This document shows positions 37,679 to 49,567 of a stretch of 64,000 bases of DNA, one piece after another. Position numbers and translations under genes: made by a program. Position 1 is the stretch's first letter; each line of letters starts with the position of its first letter. The stretch is from NCBI RefSeq assembly GCF_001194135.2, contig NC_068983.1, positions 14,367,701-14,431,700 of the forward strand, in the 5' to 3' direction. The notes under the pieces were generated by a model. It saw nothing but the letters and a program-made list of their open reading frames with translations. It was not told the origin of the DNA and did not search any database. The stretch is from Octopus bimaculoides. Lineage: Eukaryota.

Positions 37679-39040
37679 NNNNNNNNNNNNNNNNNNNNNN
37701 NNNNNNNNNNNNNNNNNNNNNNNNNNNNNNNNNNNNNNNNNNNNNNNNNNNNNNNNNNNNNNNNNNNNNNNNNNNNNNNNNNNNNNNNNNNNNNNNNNNN
37801 NNNNNNNNNNNNNNNNNNNNNNNNNNNNNNNNNNNNNNNNNNNNNNNNNNNNNNNNNNNNNNNNNNNNNNNNNNNNNNNNNNNNNNNNNNNNNNNNNNNN
37901 NNNNNNNNNNNNNNNNNNNNNNNNNNNNNNNNNNNNNNNNNNNNNNNNNNNNNNNNNNNNNNNNNNNNNNNNNNNNNNNNNNNNNNNNNNNNNNNNNNNN
38001 NNNNNNNNNNNNNNNNNNNAGAGAGAGAGAGATACATATATATATATATAAACACACACATATATATCCATTCTTCTGTACTAATAAATATTTAACACAT
38101 TTTGTATTTTATGTCAGTGCATTTTCATTGTATAAGCCCAGATAGAAGTTCGTGACAAGCTCATCTAAAATTCAAAATATTTTACAAAGGAATAAATAAT
38201 AAGCTATTTAAAAATGATGTAACATTCCTTTGTAATACAATGTAAAATATTTCATATTTTGATTTAATGTGAAAATATAAAAGCGTAACTACAGTGTAAC
38301 AAATCGAAGCATCTTTTCTTTCGTTCCCTATTTACAATCGAGTCGTTAAATATAATAGTCATCTTTTGGAAACACATAATGCGATAGTAATAAATTATAT
38401 ACAAATAGTATATTAAGGCATAAAATGGCGGCTACAGTAATTCTGAAGCCTAAAGCAGTTCCTGTAAAGTAGGTGGAGCTAAAGTTTAATATAAATTTGC
38501 CTACGATAACGTCAGTAGTTAATGTGCTTAATTTATCTCCTGCAACTCATAAGCACTTTAAATAGGAATTGATGGAAAACATGGTGATGATGATAGTAGC
38601 AATATGAAATTGTCGGAATTGAGTAGCCATGGCGATATCTTTTCAACCTTGGTGAAATTAACACATCGTTAGTGATGATTATAATAACGGCTGAGCTGCA
38701 GTTTGAAGATGTTTGATCAAAAGAAGTTGGATAAATTGTTCTACGCAATCTTTCTGTGTTCAATGGAAATCATTTGTAAATCATACAATCACAGCAGAGT
38801 CGTTACACAGATATAAATATATTCATAAGTCCAGCACCTCTTAAAGAATTACAGAAGTGTACAAATGTGTCTGCCCATTACAGAGGCGTACAGATATGTT
38901 TACCATAAGCATAATATGAAGCGTGGGAAAATACTTTTTCTGCGTATACATATATGTCTATTTCTGTGTGTGTAATGTGTACGCATGACCGGATAGGTAA
39001 AAAAAAAAAGATATTAGTAAGCAAGCGGTCTCAGTTTCGA

Positions 39041-39860
39041 TCTTAGATAAAACTTAGATAAAACTTTGATATGTTTCGACTAAAAATTGGTCCAGGCCAT
39101 GTCTAACTTAATAGCACCACCTGATAGGATTATCTAAATCCTTTTTAAAGTCAAGTTTTGTTTATAGTCCCTTCAAGTAGTGAGTTCTTGTTGAGTGAGT
39201 TGTATCCAGGTATGGGTAGCTTGTCTGGTATTCCTTGAAGAAATCTGTCCAGACTCCGTTTAAAGGTAATGGGATCCTTTTCCTCTTTGATCAGTTTTGG
39301 GACAATGTGAAACAGGGCAGGGCAGGGCTTGTTGAGGAAAAGAAATTGTGTCGCACTGTACCTATATATTGTGAACCTGAATTGGGTAGGGGACGTATGG
39401 CCCATGGTCCCAGCCTTGGATGAACATTGAAACTAATGTTCAGATTGTTTGGGAAATGCTGGCGGTATATTCTCCCCATCGTACAAATGATGTACCGCTC
39501 GCTGCGGCGCTGCAGACAGTAGAGTTTCAATGCTTTAAGGCGGTCCCAGTAATCGAGATCAGTCATGCCCTGAATTCGTTTAGTGAGTGCCCTCTGGGGT
39601 AATTCAATTTTCGAGATGTTTTGTTTTGTTTGGGGAGACCACAAGGGGCAGCAGTATTCGTGTGGCCGTACAAAGGAGGAGAAAACTGGAATGATTACAC
39701 CTTGTTCACTGGACCGTAAGGTCCTTAAGATCTAGGAGCTCATCCTACGAGCTATATCGACCTTATTGTTGATGTAGGCACTCCAACAGAGATTGTTAGC
39801 AATAATTACACCTAGGTCTCTGATATTATTAGATGCTGTGAGCGGTTCCTCTGAAGGAAG
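39041..39860 (-). mobile_element. CR1-clade LINE 3' end (RT C-terminus and 3' UTR)
   Basis: NNIRDLGVII..NLCWSAYIN; EYCCPLWSP; IELPQRALTKRIQGMTDLDYWDRLKALKLYCLQRRSERY; FKRSLDRFLQGIPD; tandem tail (aagttttatct)2. Confidence 0.9.
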
Positions 39861-39920
39861 CCCGTCCATACATTTGATTTTGCCTCTCTTCAAGACTAAC
39901 ACATCGCACTTTCTCAAAAG
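39861..39920 (-). mobile_element. Short R4/Dong-like RT fragment fused to the CR1
   Basis: LRKCDVLVLKRGKIKCMDG resembles the GL.KCAVLVLKRGK..C.DG motif of REL-type LINE RTs; abuts a (TTG)(TTC)(TTA) microsatellite. Confidence 0.45.
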
Positions 39921-39923
39921 CAC

Positions 39924-39977
39924 ATTATTGTTGTTGTTGTTGTTGTTGTTGTTCTTCTTCTTCTTCTTCTTCTTCTT

Positions 39978-40067
<90 letters not shown>
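39924..40067. repeat. Compound (TTG)n(TTC)n(TTA)n microsatellite
   Basis: Directly visible. Confidence 0.97.
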
Positions 40068-40071
<4 letters not shown>

Positions 40072-40142
40072 TCATTGTCTGGATTCGAACTCGGTATCTT
40101 GGGGTTAGTAGCCCGCGCTCTTAACCATTATGTTCTATGCCC
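40068..40142 (-). mobile_element. tRNA-like SINE head, family D
   Basis: gggcatagaacataatggttaagagcgcgggctactaaccccaagataccgagttcgaatccagacaatgacctg: A box, B box (gttcgaatcc), anticodon arm ggg-ctactaa-ccc, followed by (AAT)n. Confidence 0.8.
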
Positions 40143-40215
40143 GTGAGCCTATGGCAGTAATAATAATGATGATGATGATGATCATACTACTACTACTACT
40201 ACTACTACTACTACG

Positions 40216-40249
<34 letters not shown>

Positions 40250-40322
40250 ATAATAATAATAATGATAATAATAACATCGAAAAATACCTTATGAATGAGA
40301 ACCCAGGTTCGAAATTTCCCAA

Positions 40323-40368
40323 GACACCTGATGAAGGCTGGAGAGTATATCAGCCGAAACGTAATGTT
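40323..40368 (+). ncRNA. Minimal type I hammerhead ribozyme motif (family H1)
   Basis: gacac-CTGATGA-a-ggctg(gagagtatat)cagcc-GAAA-cg-TA-atgtt: intact core, perfect 5-bp stem II, palindromic ACGU stem III, GUA site, stem I 4 of 5 pairs. Confidence 0.75.
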
Positions 40369-41099
40369 AGCAACAAACAAGATAGGGACAAATATCCGTC
40401 AAATGTAAATAATGTAAATAATGTAAATAATGTATAGCAGTAGTTCTTATCATTATTATTATCATCATTATCATTACAACTATCACCGTTACTATAGCAA
40501 TCGTTATATATTGTCCATTTCAAAACAAGTTTGAATTTATCAATAAAATTTTGTCCTCTGACATTTCTCGCGATTTCACTTGAGTTGTGTAGTTTTTAGA
40601 ATGAGTAATTGATTTTACTGCTTTTTTTTGCTTTTGATAATATAATGTATCAGGATCAACATCGAAATTCACACATATTGAAGTTTAAATATGTTCATAC
40701 GTAAATTATTATTCATATATGTCCATGTACATTGTATAATATGCAATGGCTTAAACCAGAATAAGGATAGAATGCAAGCAAGTGTTTGAGTCAACGCTCT
40801 AATGACACTGCTAAAGTGTCAGTCGGTCGGAGATGATGCATTGACGTAACTGTTAGACCGACCGTAAGAGATAACTTGCAGTAATTGTTTCGTCCCTCTG
40901 CGTTTTGCCGACAACGCTTGCGATGATATTGGTGGCAAGCTACAGCAGTTTGTAAGAAAACCATTCCTTTGTATACGAATAACAGGCTTCAGTGTTTGTT
41001 TTATATTCATGCAGTATTTCGATCGACGCTACAAACAAACATACTAAGGTGAGAATTTACAAAAAAAACAACAAAAAAAAAACAACAACAAAAAAAACA

Positions 41100-41245
41100 A
41101 CAAAAGACGAAGACTGATGTGTAAACAACAAAGCGATGTATTAGTTTAACGCTCGGGAAGTGAGAACGTCTTTTACGTTTCGAACCTACGCTCTTCGACA
41201 GAAAGGAACGCAGAAATAAACAGGGAGAGAAAATAGAAAACCGTT
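41100..41245 (-). repeat. HHR-like short repeat family H2, copy 2 (fold at 41170-41205)
   Basis: Minus: cttt-CTGTCGA-a-gagc(gtag)gttc-GAAA-cg-TA-aaag. Confidence 0.75.
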
Positions 41246-41474
41246 TAGAGGCTAGAGATCTCTCATGGCTAATGCCGGATAGAGGGGGAATATTCGAAGA
41301 CCTGGCATCTAGATAACTGAAACAAATGACGGGTAGTATCGGGTATAACGAATATTACTCAGAATACGTATGTGATTTTATGTGTCTGTGTGGGGTTTAC
41401 ATAGATGGATAGATGTACACATACACACATATATATAGAGGGAGATAGATAGATAGATAGATAGATAGATAGGC

Positions 41475-41562
<88 letters not shown>

Positions 41563-42123
41563 TTATAAGTGTATGTTTATGTTTGTGCACTTGTATGAGA
41601 AAAAGGTTTAAGAAACCATCATGATCGGATGTAAAAATTGAAAATTTATAATTTGAAAAATAAATGGCGCCAACTGAATTTATTGTTCGCAACAGAATCA
41701 ACTTAAAAACTTATCGAAACATCATTAATTGTTATAGTTTTGTTCCTTTATTTCGTTTTGTTCTGCACTTTATTGTTTTAGTAGAATAGCAGTATTAGTC
41801 GCTAATTACATAGCAATAATTATTTACCTCTATCCTCATCCTCTACCTACCACAGATCAAATCCCTCGATAACAATCATTACCATGCAAACATCTAATCA
41901 AAATCGATAAATAGGGATATATAGCTTGTTGAAAAATATATAAAAAAACAATACAAATATGCACTAGTCAACTAGACTCGGGTTTATTGGTGCCAATATA
42001 TACTATGAACCAAGAATTGTGTACTGAGAATGTTTAATTACGCAGCGGTTGTGTGGGTGTAGGCGTACATAAAATATCTGTGCGTGTGAGTGTGCGTGTG
42101 TATGTGTGTACATGCGCGCGCAA

Positions 42124-42175
<52 letters not shown>

Positions 42176-42524
42176 TTGTGTGCGCGTGTGAATAAGTTTA
42201 AGCTCAACTAATTTTCTGTGTTATGTGACAGTATGTAGTTAATAAGTGCATGTCACTCTATAAACGTGTGTGTTTTTATTTAAGCTAAAGTAAGTTGCAG
42301 TATGGATGTTTGAGATTCATATAACGGTTACGTGGTAATACGCGTAGTGTTGCATAACCGTTATACAACATATCTAGGTATGACAATATGTATGTGTATT
42401 TGTGTATCTATGAATGTACTTGTCTTTAATCATAACTACAGTACAGTGTAATATTCGTGCTTAAAAATTAATGACTATTTGATAGAACATGGATATAGTA
42501 TGGTTGTATATTGATATAGATACT

Positions 42525-42635
42525 GGCATGGCTGTGTGCTTAAGAAGTAAGATTTACAACTACGTGGTTTCGGGTTCAGTATCACTGTGCGTCACCTCGG
42601 CCAAATGCCTTCTATTATAACCACATGCCGAGCAA
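42525..42635 (+). mobile_element. Degraded SINE family A 5' fragment
   Basis: ggcatggctgtgtgcttaagaag...gtggtttcgggttcagtatcactgtgcgtcacctcggccaaatgccttctattataac. Confidence 0.7.
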
Positions 42636-42639
42636 TACC

Positions 42640-43073
42640 TTACTCTTTTACTTGTTTCAGTCATTTGACTGCGGCCATGCTGGAGCACCGCCTTTAGTCG
42701 AACAAATCGACCCTAGGACTTATTCTTTGGAAGCCTAGTACTTATTCTACCGGTCTCTTTTCCCGAACTGCTAAGTTACGGGGACGTAAACACACCACCA
42801 TCGGTTGTCAAGCGATGATGCGGGGAAACAAACACAGACACACAAACATATACACACACACACACATACATATATACGACGGGCTTCTTTCAGTTTCCGT
42901 CTACCAAATCCACTCACAAGCCTTTGGTTGGCCCGANNNNNNNNNNTCCACTCACAAGCCTTTGGTTGGCCCGAGGCTATAGTGGAAGACACTTGCCCAA
43001 GGTGCCACGCAGTGGGACTGAACCCCAGAACCATGTGGTTGGTAAACAAACTTACTTACCACACAGCCACTCC
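42640..43073 (-). mobile_element. SINE family A, full length
   Basis: Complete head, CORE-like gtggcaccttgggcaagtgtctt, internal CA tract and tail tactctttttacttgtttcagtc. Confidence 0.95.
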
Positions 43074-43651
43074 TTGTTAGTAATTTTGGTAGAGGGGAAA
43101 ACTATATGGAAGTTCGTCGTGTCTATGAATTTATAGTTAATTATATGCGTTTATTAAAGTATATCGATGTCACTTTGCGTCTGTATTTGTCCGAACTATC
43201 GCTTGACAAGCAGTGTTGGTTCACTCACAAGAGCGTGACGCCGTCGTTTGGTAAAAAGCGGTATGATAAATACCACACTTTGAAAAAATGTATAGATACA
43301 GGGGTTGCTTTACTAGACCTTCAAGGATTAGTAAAATACAGTCGACTCATATATTTATTTTTTAAGTATATACATATGTGTGTGTATGTCTGTGTGTGTC
43401 ATTGTGTCCCTGTGTATGTGTATGTGTGGCCGTATATGTGTATGTATGCATGTGTTAGTGAGTGATTGTGTATTATTGTATCGATGAATGTGTGTTTGAG
43501 TGAGCTGTGTATATTTCAGTATGATTATCTGCAAACAACTTGCAGACTCAAATCTTACCAATTTAAAGCTCTTCGTATCGAACACATGCCGGCTTCTTCT
43601 CTACTGTTTCATTGTGCACTGGTACCCCACACTGAGCTAAGGCCACACTTA

Positions 43652-45518
43652 TTAGATCGACTGGTTGTTAGGCTGCACTAAATATTCTTCTAGCCATTTC
43701 TCATCGACACTCTTTAGCCTAATCCAGCGACTTTCCTTCTCCACTGTAGTCTGGCTGTCTCTCGTGATAATATACGCTTTACACTGAGTTAGGCGCAGTG
43801 ACAACTGCCATCGCCTCATATTGCTTCCAATGAAACCTCTATTTCCAACTTTGATTGGATTATGTTCTGCTTTTCAGTCTGCGTCTTCATATTTCTCGAG
43901 GAGGTGGAGGTGTTGATGTCAGTCAATCTTTCGAATCCGAACGGTGTCCATGTTATCTTCATCAACTCAACCAGATCTATCACTTTTTTTTCCTTACACC
44001 ACATGATAATATTTGGTTTCATTGTATCTAAAATGGGGAAGAATCTTTGGCACAATGGTAAATCTGCAACCATTTTCTAATTAACGATGGAAACAGCCAT
44101 TCTACTTTCCATCGTTAATTAGAATTTTCTTCTTCAAACAGATCTGCTGTCCTATGGGCATTCCTGAGGATGAAATGTCCAGCTATTTTTTTTTCCTGTG
44201 GTTTGTTACGATTGTTGATTAGCGCAACTTAATTCCATGAAGCATAGAAGAGAACATTAAGAACCAGATTTTGTCTCCAAGTATATCTATCCAACCCCAG
44301 TGTACACTTGGAAAGAATATGTTTCTTATTTCTTTATTACCCACAAAGGGATAAACACAGAGGTGACAAACAAGGACAGACAAAGGGATTAAGTCGATGA
44401 CATCGACCCCAGTGCGTAACTGGTACATAATTTATCGACCCCGAAAGGATGAAAGGCAAAGGCGACCTCGGCGAAAGTTGAACTCAGAACATGAAGACAG
44501 ACGAAATACCGCTAAGCATTTCGCCCGCCGTGCTAACGTTTCTGCCAGCTCGCCGCCTTAAGAATATGGAAAGAATATGTTTCAGTGTTTCCTACTTCCT
44601 CGCATCTGGATTTATCACTCTTTGATACCTTCCATCATCTCACAAGGTTTGTAGAGGATGGCAAAACATCATAGAATGAATGAATCAAACATTTTAGTCG
44701 TGATGTACTCCACATACATATTTCATTCCAGCTCATTTTTCTTGCTGTTACGTGCTCTTCCCATCTTATCATCTGTCCTTGTTGTGAGCATTGAATCAAG
44801 TAAAGCTCTTTTCTCTCTGCTTTACACTGCCTTTACACTGTTACTAACAAGAATCTACGTTCGCTCTCCATCACGCTTAAATATGGTCTGAAAAGATTTG
44901 GGCCAAACCCAAGTCCCTTCCGATCAATTTCGGCAGCAGTCACAGTATCTCGATGTTTTAGTGACGTCTAGATGTCACTAGATGTCACTGCTTCCGCTTT
45001 GCACTTTCTGGTTGTTTTTACACCTGGTGAATTACACCTTATTTCTTTGCCCATGGACACGCTTATCATTACTGTTCTTGCCTTCCCTACTTTACAAATT
45101 TCGACAATTGACGCTAAATGTAATCACAGTGAGCCCCTTAGCTTTTCATTATACAAGGTGGACTTAATCATTTCCTAATGAACACATTGCACTCTTGCTC
45201 AATAATTTGAATTTAACTCATGACAACGTCACCTCGTATATTTATAGTAGCCATGAAAGGCGTAGATACAGGCTAAACAGCAGACACCCTATTTTATACT
45301 TGCCTGGTGATTTTGAACCATTAATTGCCGTTAGTACATCCTCAGTTTGTTTCATAATCTGCATCCGGGGAGGGTGGTGCATCAGACAATGTTCCAGAGA
45401 ATGCACAGTCCAGGCTCTTAACAGTTTCTTATTAGACTGTTGGTATACTTTCTTACTTACTTTTGCTTTTTCAAATACCATTTCTTCCTGCACTTCCTTA
45501 AGGTTGTGCGACTTTTTG
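43652..45518 (-). mobile_element. HERO-like (R2 superfamily) non-LTR retrotransposon, 3' ORF portion: RT end, zinc knuckle, REL endonuclease
   Basis: Across frameshifts: PGKYKIG..LYLRLSWLL*IYEV; SIVEICKVGKARTVM..KTTRKCKAEAV..LKHRD..DRKGLG; QQGQMIRWE..RKMSWNE..LIHSFYDVLPSSTNLVR; GTLKHIL..LGLDRYTWRQNLVL; VADLP..KPNIIMWCKEKKVIDLVEL; VGNRGFIGS..TVEKESRWIRLK. Confidence 0.85.
44326..44558 (-). mobile_element. SINE family C inserted in the HERO element, 16-bp TSD
   Basis: ggaaagaatatgtttc at 44310-44325 and 44568-44583; head aaggcggcgagctggcagaaacgttagc. Confidence 0.95.
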
Positions 45519-45519
45519 T

Positions 45520-45578
<59 letters not shown>

Positions 45579-45772
45579 GTCTGCCTGTCTGTATGTCTGT
45601 CTGTATGCATGTATGTTTGTCTCTGTCTGTCTGTCTGTCTCTCTCTACCTATTAATCTCTCTGCCAGTGTTATAAATTACGTGTCTATGTGTGCTTGTGC
45701 TAAAGCGTGTTTTATTAGAATGTGTGACTGTGTGGCATATTTTTGCGTATCTTCAGCATAGTATAATCCACA

Positions 45773-45845
<73 letters not shown>

Positions 45846-47104
45846 AAGGCACATAAGCAAACACTACCACATACATACACACAGATATACACATAAATTT
45901 AATACGCAGTCAACAATTCAATTAGTCACAATTGCACAGACGGCAGTGCGGAAGTCTATATANNNNNNNNNNNNNNNNNNNNNNNNNNNNNNNNNNNNNN
46001 NNNNNNNNNNNNNNNNNNNNNNNNNNNNNNNNNNNNNNNNNNNNNNNNNNNNNNNNNNNNNNNNNNNNNNNNNNNNNNNNNNNNNNATATATATATATAT
46101 ACTTATATATATACGCAAGATTACACTTGTGTATGTGTTACTATGATGGTGTTTGCTTGCATTCACATATGAGTCTAAAAACTCCACTAGACCGTTTTTA
46201 GCCTTCACAGTAACACTAAGACACATTGCAAAATACACAAACAACACTCACATACTAATACACGCACTAACACAATGTATAGTCAGTCATACACTCACTT
46301 GTATTGATAGTCACTTGTTGGAACACACAAATTTATTATCTAAAATAACCAACAGCAATTAAAACACTAATGGCTTTTATTAGATGCGTATTGAAACAAA
46401 GAATAAAGGATGATTAGTAAAGCGACAGAAATAGATCAAATTATAGTTGTAGTAGTTGGAGTTGTTATTGTTATAGTTGTTGTAGGAGTAATGCCGCTTA
46501 AATAAAACCAAAAAAAAAAAGGAAAACAAAGAGGAAAAGGAAATGCTATAGATTTCATTAGTAACAGAAATATTTACGAGAAGAATAGGAAATGAACTGA
46601 GATGGAAATAAAATGAAATAAACAATATCGAATAATGAAGTTAAACATAAGTAAATATAAGTAACGAAATATATAAAATCATGTTTTTTCGAAACACAAT
46701 ACACTTTAAATAAAGAAATAATAAACACGAAATATCATGGAGTAATTAAAATTTCACCATATAACAAAACAAAATGCATAAACAAATGAATTTTTCAACC
46801 AAGATTATATAGCTAATATTGGTTCTATGGCATTTCAAGCATAATAAACTGTGCTGAAGAATATCATGGAGGATCTCAAAAATTGTTTGACTTCGTTTCG
46901 GTTCGATCCTGTAATAACCGAACTATTTTTGCCAAATATTTTTCTCTACTTCAATCTTGTAAAGTAACCATTCTAGCGATCCCTATTTTCTGTCGTTTGT
47001 CGCTTTACCCTTGTGTAATGTTATATTCCTTCCTGAAAGAGTTCGAAAAGATTATTTTTCATTTTGGTCAAAAAGTGAAGGGCAGCAACTATGGCTCTGA
47101 AATA

Positions 47105-47252
47105 CAGGTACTACTCATTTTTGCCAGCTGGGTGGACTGGAGCAACGTGAAGTAAAGTGTGTTGCCCAAGGACACAACGCCTCGCCGGGAATTCAACTCA
47201 CGACCTTACGATCGTGAGCCGAACGCCCTAACCACTAAGCCACGCGCCTTCA
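47105..47252 (-). mobile_element. SINE family E 5' part (tRNA head and CORE-like domain)
   Basis: gtgaaggcgcgtggcttagtggttagggcgttcggctcacgatcgtaaggtcgtgagttgaattccc...gtgtccttgggcaacacac. Confidence 0.9.
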
Positions 47253-47379
47253 CTTCTTGACGAGGAGGTGGATATCGAAAATATTTGTGATATGCCAAAA
47301 TAAATACTTTGGTTTTTCATGATTTTTACGATTACTAGTGGTGGTGATCGAGGTGGTAGCGGTGCAACTATCATGTACC

Positions 47380-47727
47380 AGAGGACTCGCAGTCATAAGA
47401 TCGCGGTTTCGATTCCCAGACCGGGCGTTGTGAGTGTTTATTGAGCGAAAACACCTAAAGCTCTCCGAGGCTCCGGCGGGGGATGGTGGCGAACCCTGCT
47501 ATACTCTTTCACCACAACTTTCTCTCACTCTATCTTCCTGTTTCTGTTGTGCCTGTAATTCAAATGGGTCAGCCTTGTCACGCTGAATATCCCTGAGAAC
47601 TACGTTAGGGGTACACGTGTCTGTGGAGTGCTCAGCCACTTGCACGTTAATTTCATGAGCAGGCTGTTCCGTTGATCGGATCAACTGGAACCCTCGACGT
47701 CGTAAGCGACGGAGTGCCAACAACAAA
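47380..47727 (+). mobile_element. SINE family B (5' end eroded)
   Basis: ggactcgcagtcataagatcgcggtttcgattcccagacc...cgacgtcgtaagcgacggagtgccaacaac. Confidence 0.93.
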
Positions 47728-48059
47728 TTGTTACTCCTGATATTGTTGCTACTATTTTAATTACTGTTACGTCCGTTGTGTTCCATGGTAGGAGAGGCTG
47801 AAAAATACAGTTTCACTTTCCGAAAACTCGTTCCACATTCCTTTCTAGTTCAACGATCGACAAAAACGCAAACAGTTTGAATTTTTATCTGGTTCGAAAA
47901 ATAATTTTCTTGCAAAATGTTGTCGCGTAAAGCGAGTAAAAAGCACAGTTGATCAGTCCAAATATGGCTCTAATTAACTAAGAAACAATAAAACCAAGAA
48001 AGACACATTTCTAAAAAGGGAAATTAGGTCACAATCTCAAGGTGCTACTGTTGAGCTTC

Positions 48060-48067
48060 GGGAATAA

Positions 48068-48099
<32 letters not shown>

Positions 48100-48135
48100 A
48101 ACTACTGCTGCTGCTGCTGCCGCTGCTGCCGCTAC

Positions 48136-48198
<63 letters not shown>

Positions 48199-48215
48199 AA
48201 CTACTGCTGCTGCTG

Positions 48216-48286
<71 letters not shown>

Positions 48287-48460
48287 GCTACTTGTTATTA
48301 TTATTGTTGTCGTTAATGTTTTTGTTGTCGTTGTTGGTGCTGCTTTTGACCTCCGGGAATAAACACTACTACTACTACTACTACTTATTATTATTATTAT
48401 TATTATTATTGTTATTGTTATTATTGTTGTTGTTGTTGTTGTTGTTGTTGCTGCTACTGC
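48060..48460. repeat. Compound (CTA)/(CTG)/(TTA)/(TTG) microsatellite
   Basis: Directly visible. Confidence 0.95.
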
Positions 48461-48992
48461 ATCTGTTGTTCATGCATTTCATATAACAGTTTCTTTCGTT
48501 CAAAGTAACATGACTTATTATATTTAGATCAAAACTAGAAACATATTCTGAAAATTAAAATAAAATGGGATCAATCTAAAAGTATCAGCTAAATTTTGAG
48601 AAAAATATCATACAGCAGTTCCGGTTTATTTGCAATATTTCCTTGCTATTTTGCTATATTCATAAATCTCTTCGACCACCGTAATTGTATAAATTCGTTA
48701 CCATAGGATACTGCTTTGTTTGAAGACAATTATTTAGAAATTCCTACAGGAAAACAAACACTCCTTTATGTGAAATGCATGCCTTCGTATGCGTGTTTTT
48801 GATTACATGAATAGGTGTGGACTTTTAAATTTATATACAAAAATGAATAAATAAATAAGTCATGCACTATATAAAGAAACTGGTTTACTAAAAAATATAC
48901 TTGTGTTTTATTGAAGCTAACGTGCGTGTATAAACATTTCTAAGAGAGTTCATGTTTGTTTACAGTCACAATTTTATACCCATGCGTAGGCT

Positions 48993-49023
<31 letters not shown>

Positions 49024-49040
49024 GCGCGGACTTGCGTATG

Positions 49041-49077
<37 letters not shown>

Positions 49078-49093
49078 NNNNNNNNNNNNNNNN

Positions 49094-49146
<53 letters not shown>

Positions 49147-49200
49147 TATGTGTGTGTGTGTGTTTGTGTGTGTTAGGTGTGATGTACAGAATTGAATATT

Positions 49201-49567
49201 GAGAAAAAAAGTCTTCAAAATTTTGGAAAAAAACCTTTAATTTCTTCATTATTATTAGCGCTTTCATTCAACTCTAGAACTTGTCAAATACAATTTTGTG
49301 AATGTACAAACACTTTGTTCATTTATATAAAACAGATGTTGTTTTTTTCTTGGGTGGGGGGTTTGTTTAGAAGAGAACATTGGTTTTATTTTTTGGGGTG
49401 AGGTTCCAAGACAATGGAGATGGATAGATAGAAATATAGGTAGATGGGCTGATAGATGATAGATATATAGATCGAGAGATAGTCAGACAGATAGACAGAT
49501 GGGTAGAGGGAATGTGAGAGAGAAGGGGTATCCACCTTCCTATTCACCATTTATGCATTTATATAAT
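49201..49567 (+). repeat. Left arm of an old inverted duplication (right arm 52212-52612)
   Basis: Shared blocks tctagaact.gtcaaatacaattttgtgaatgtacaaaca, ttgttcatttatataaaac, gggtgaggttccaag.caatggagatggatagatag, aaggggtatccaccttc. Confidence 0.9.
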
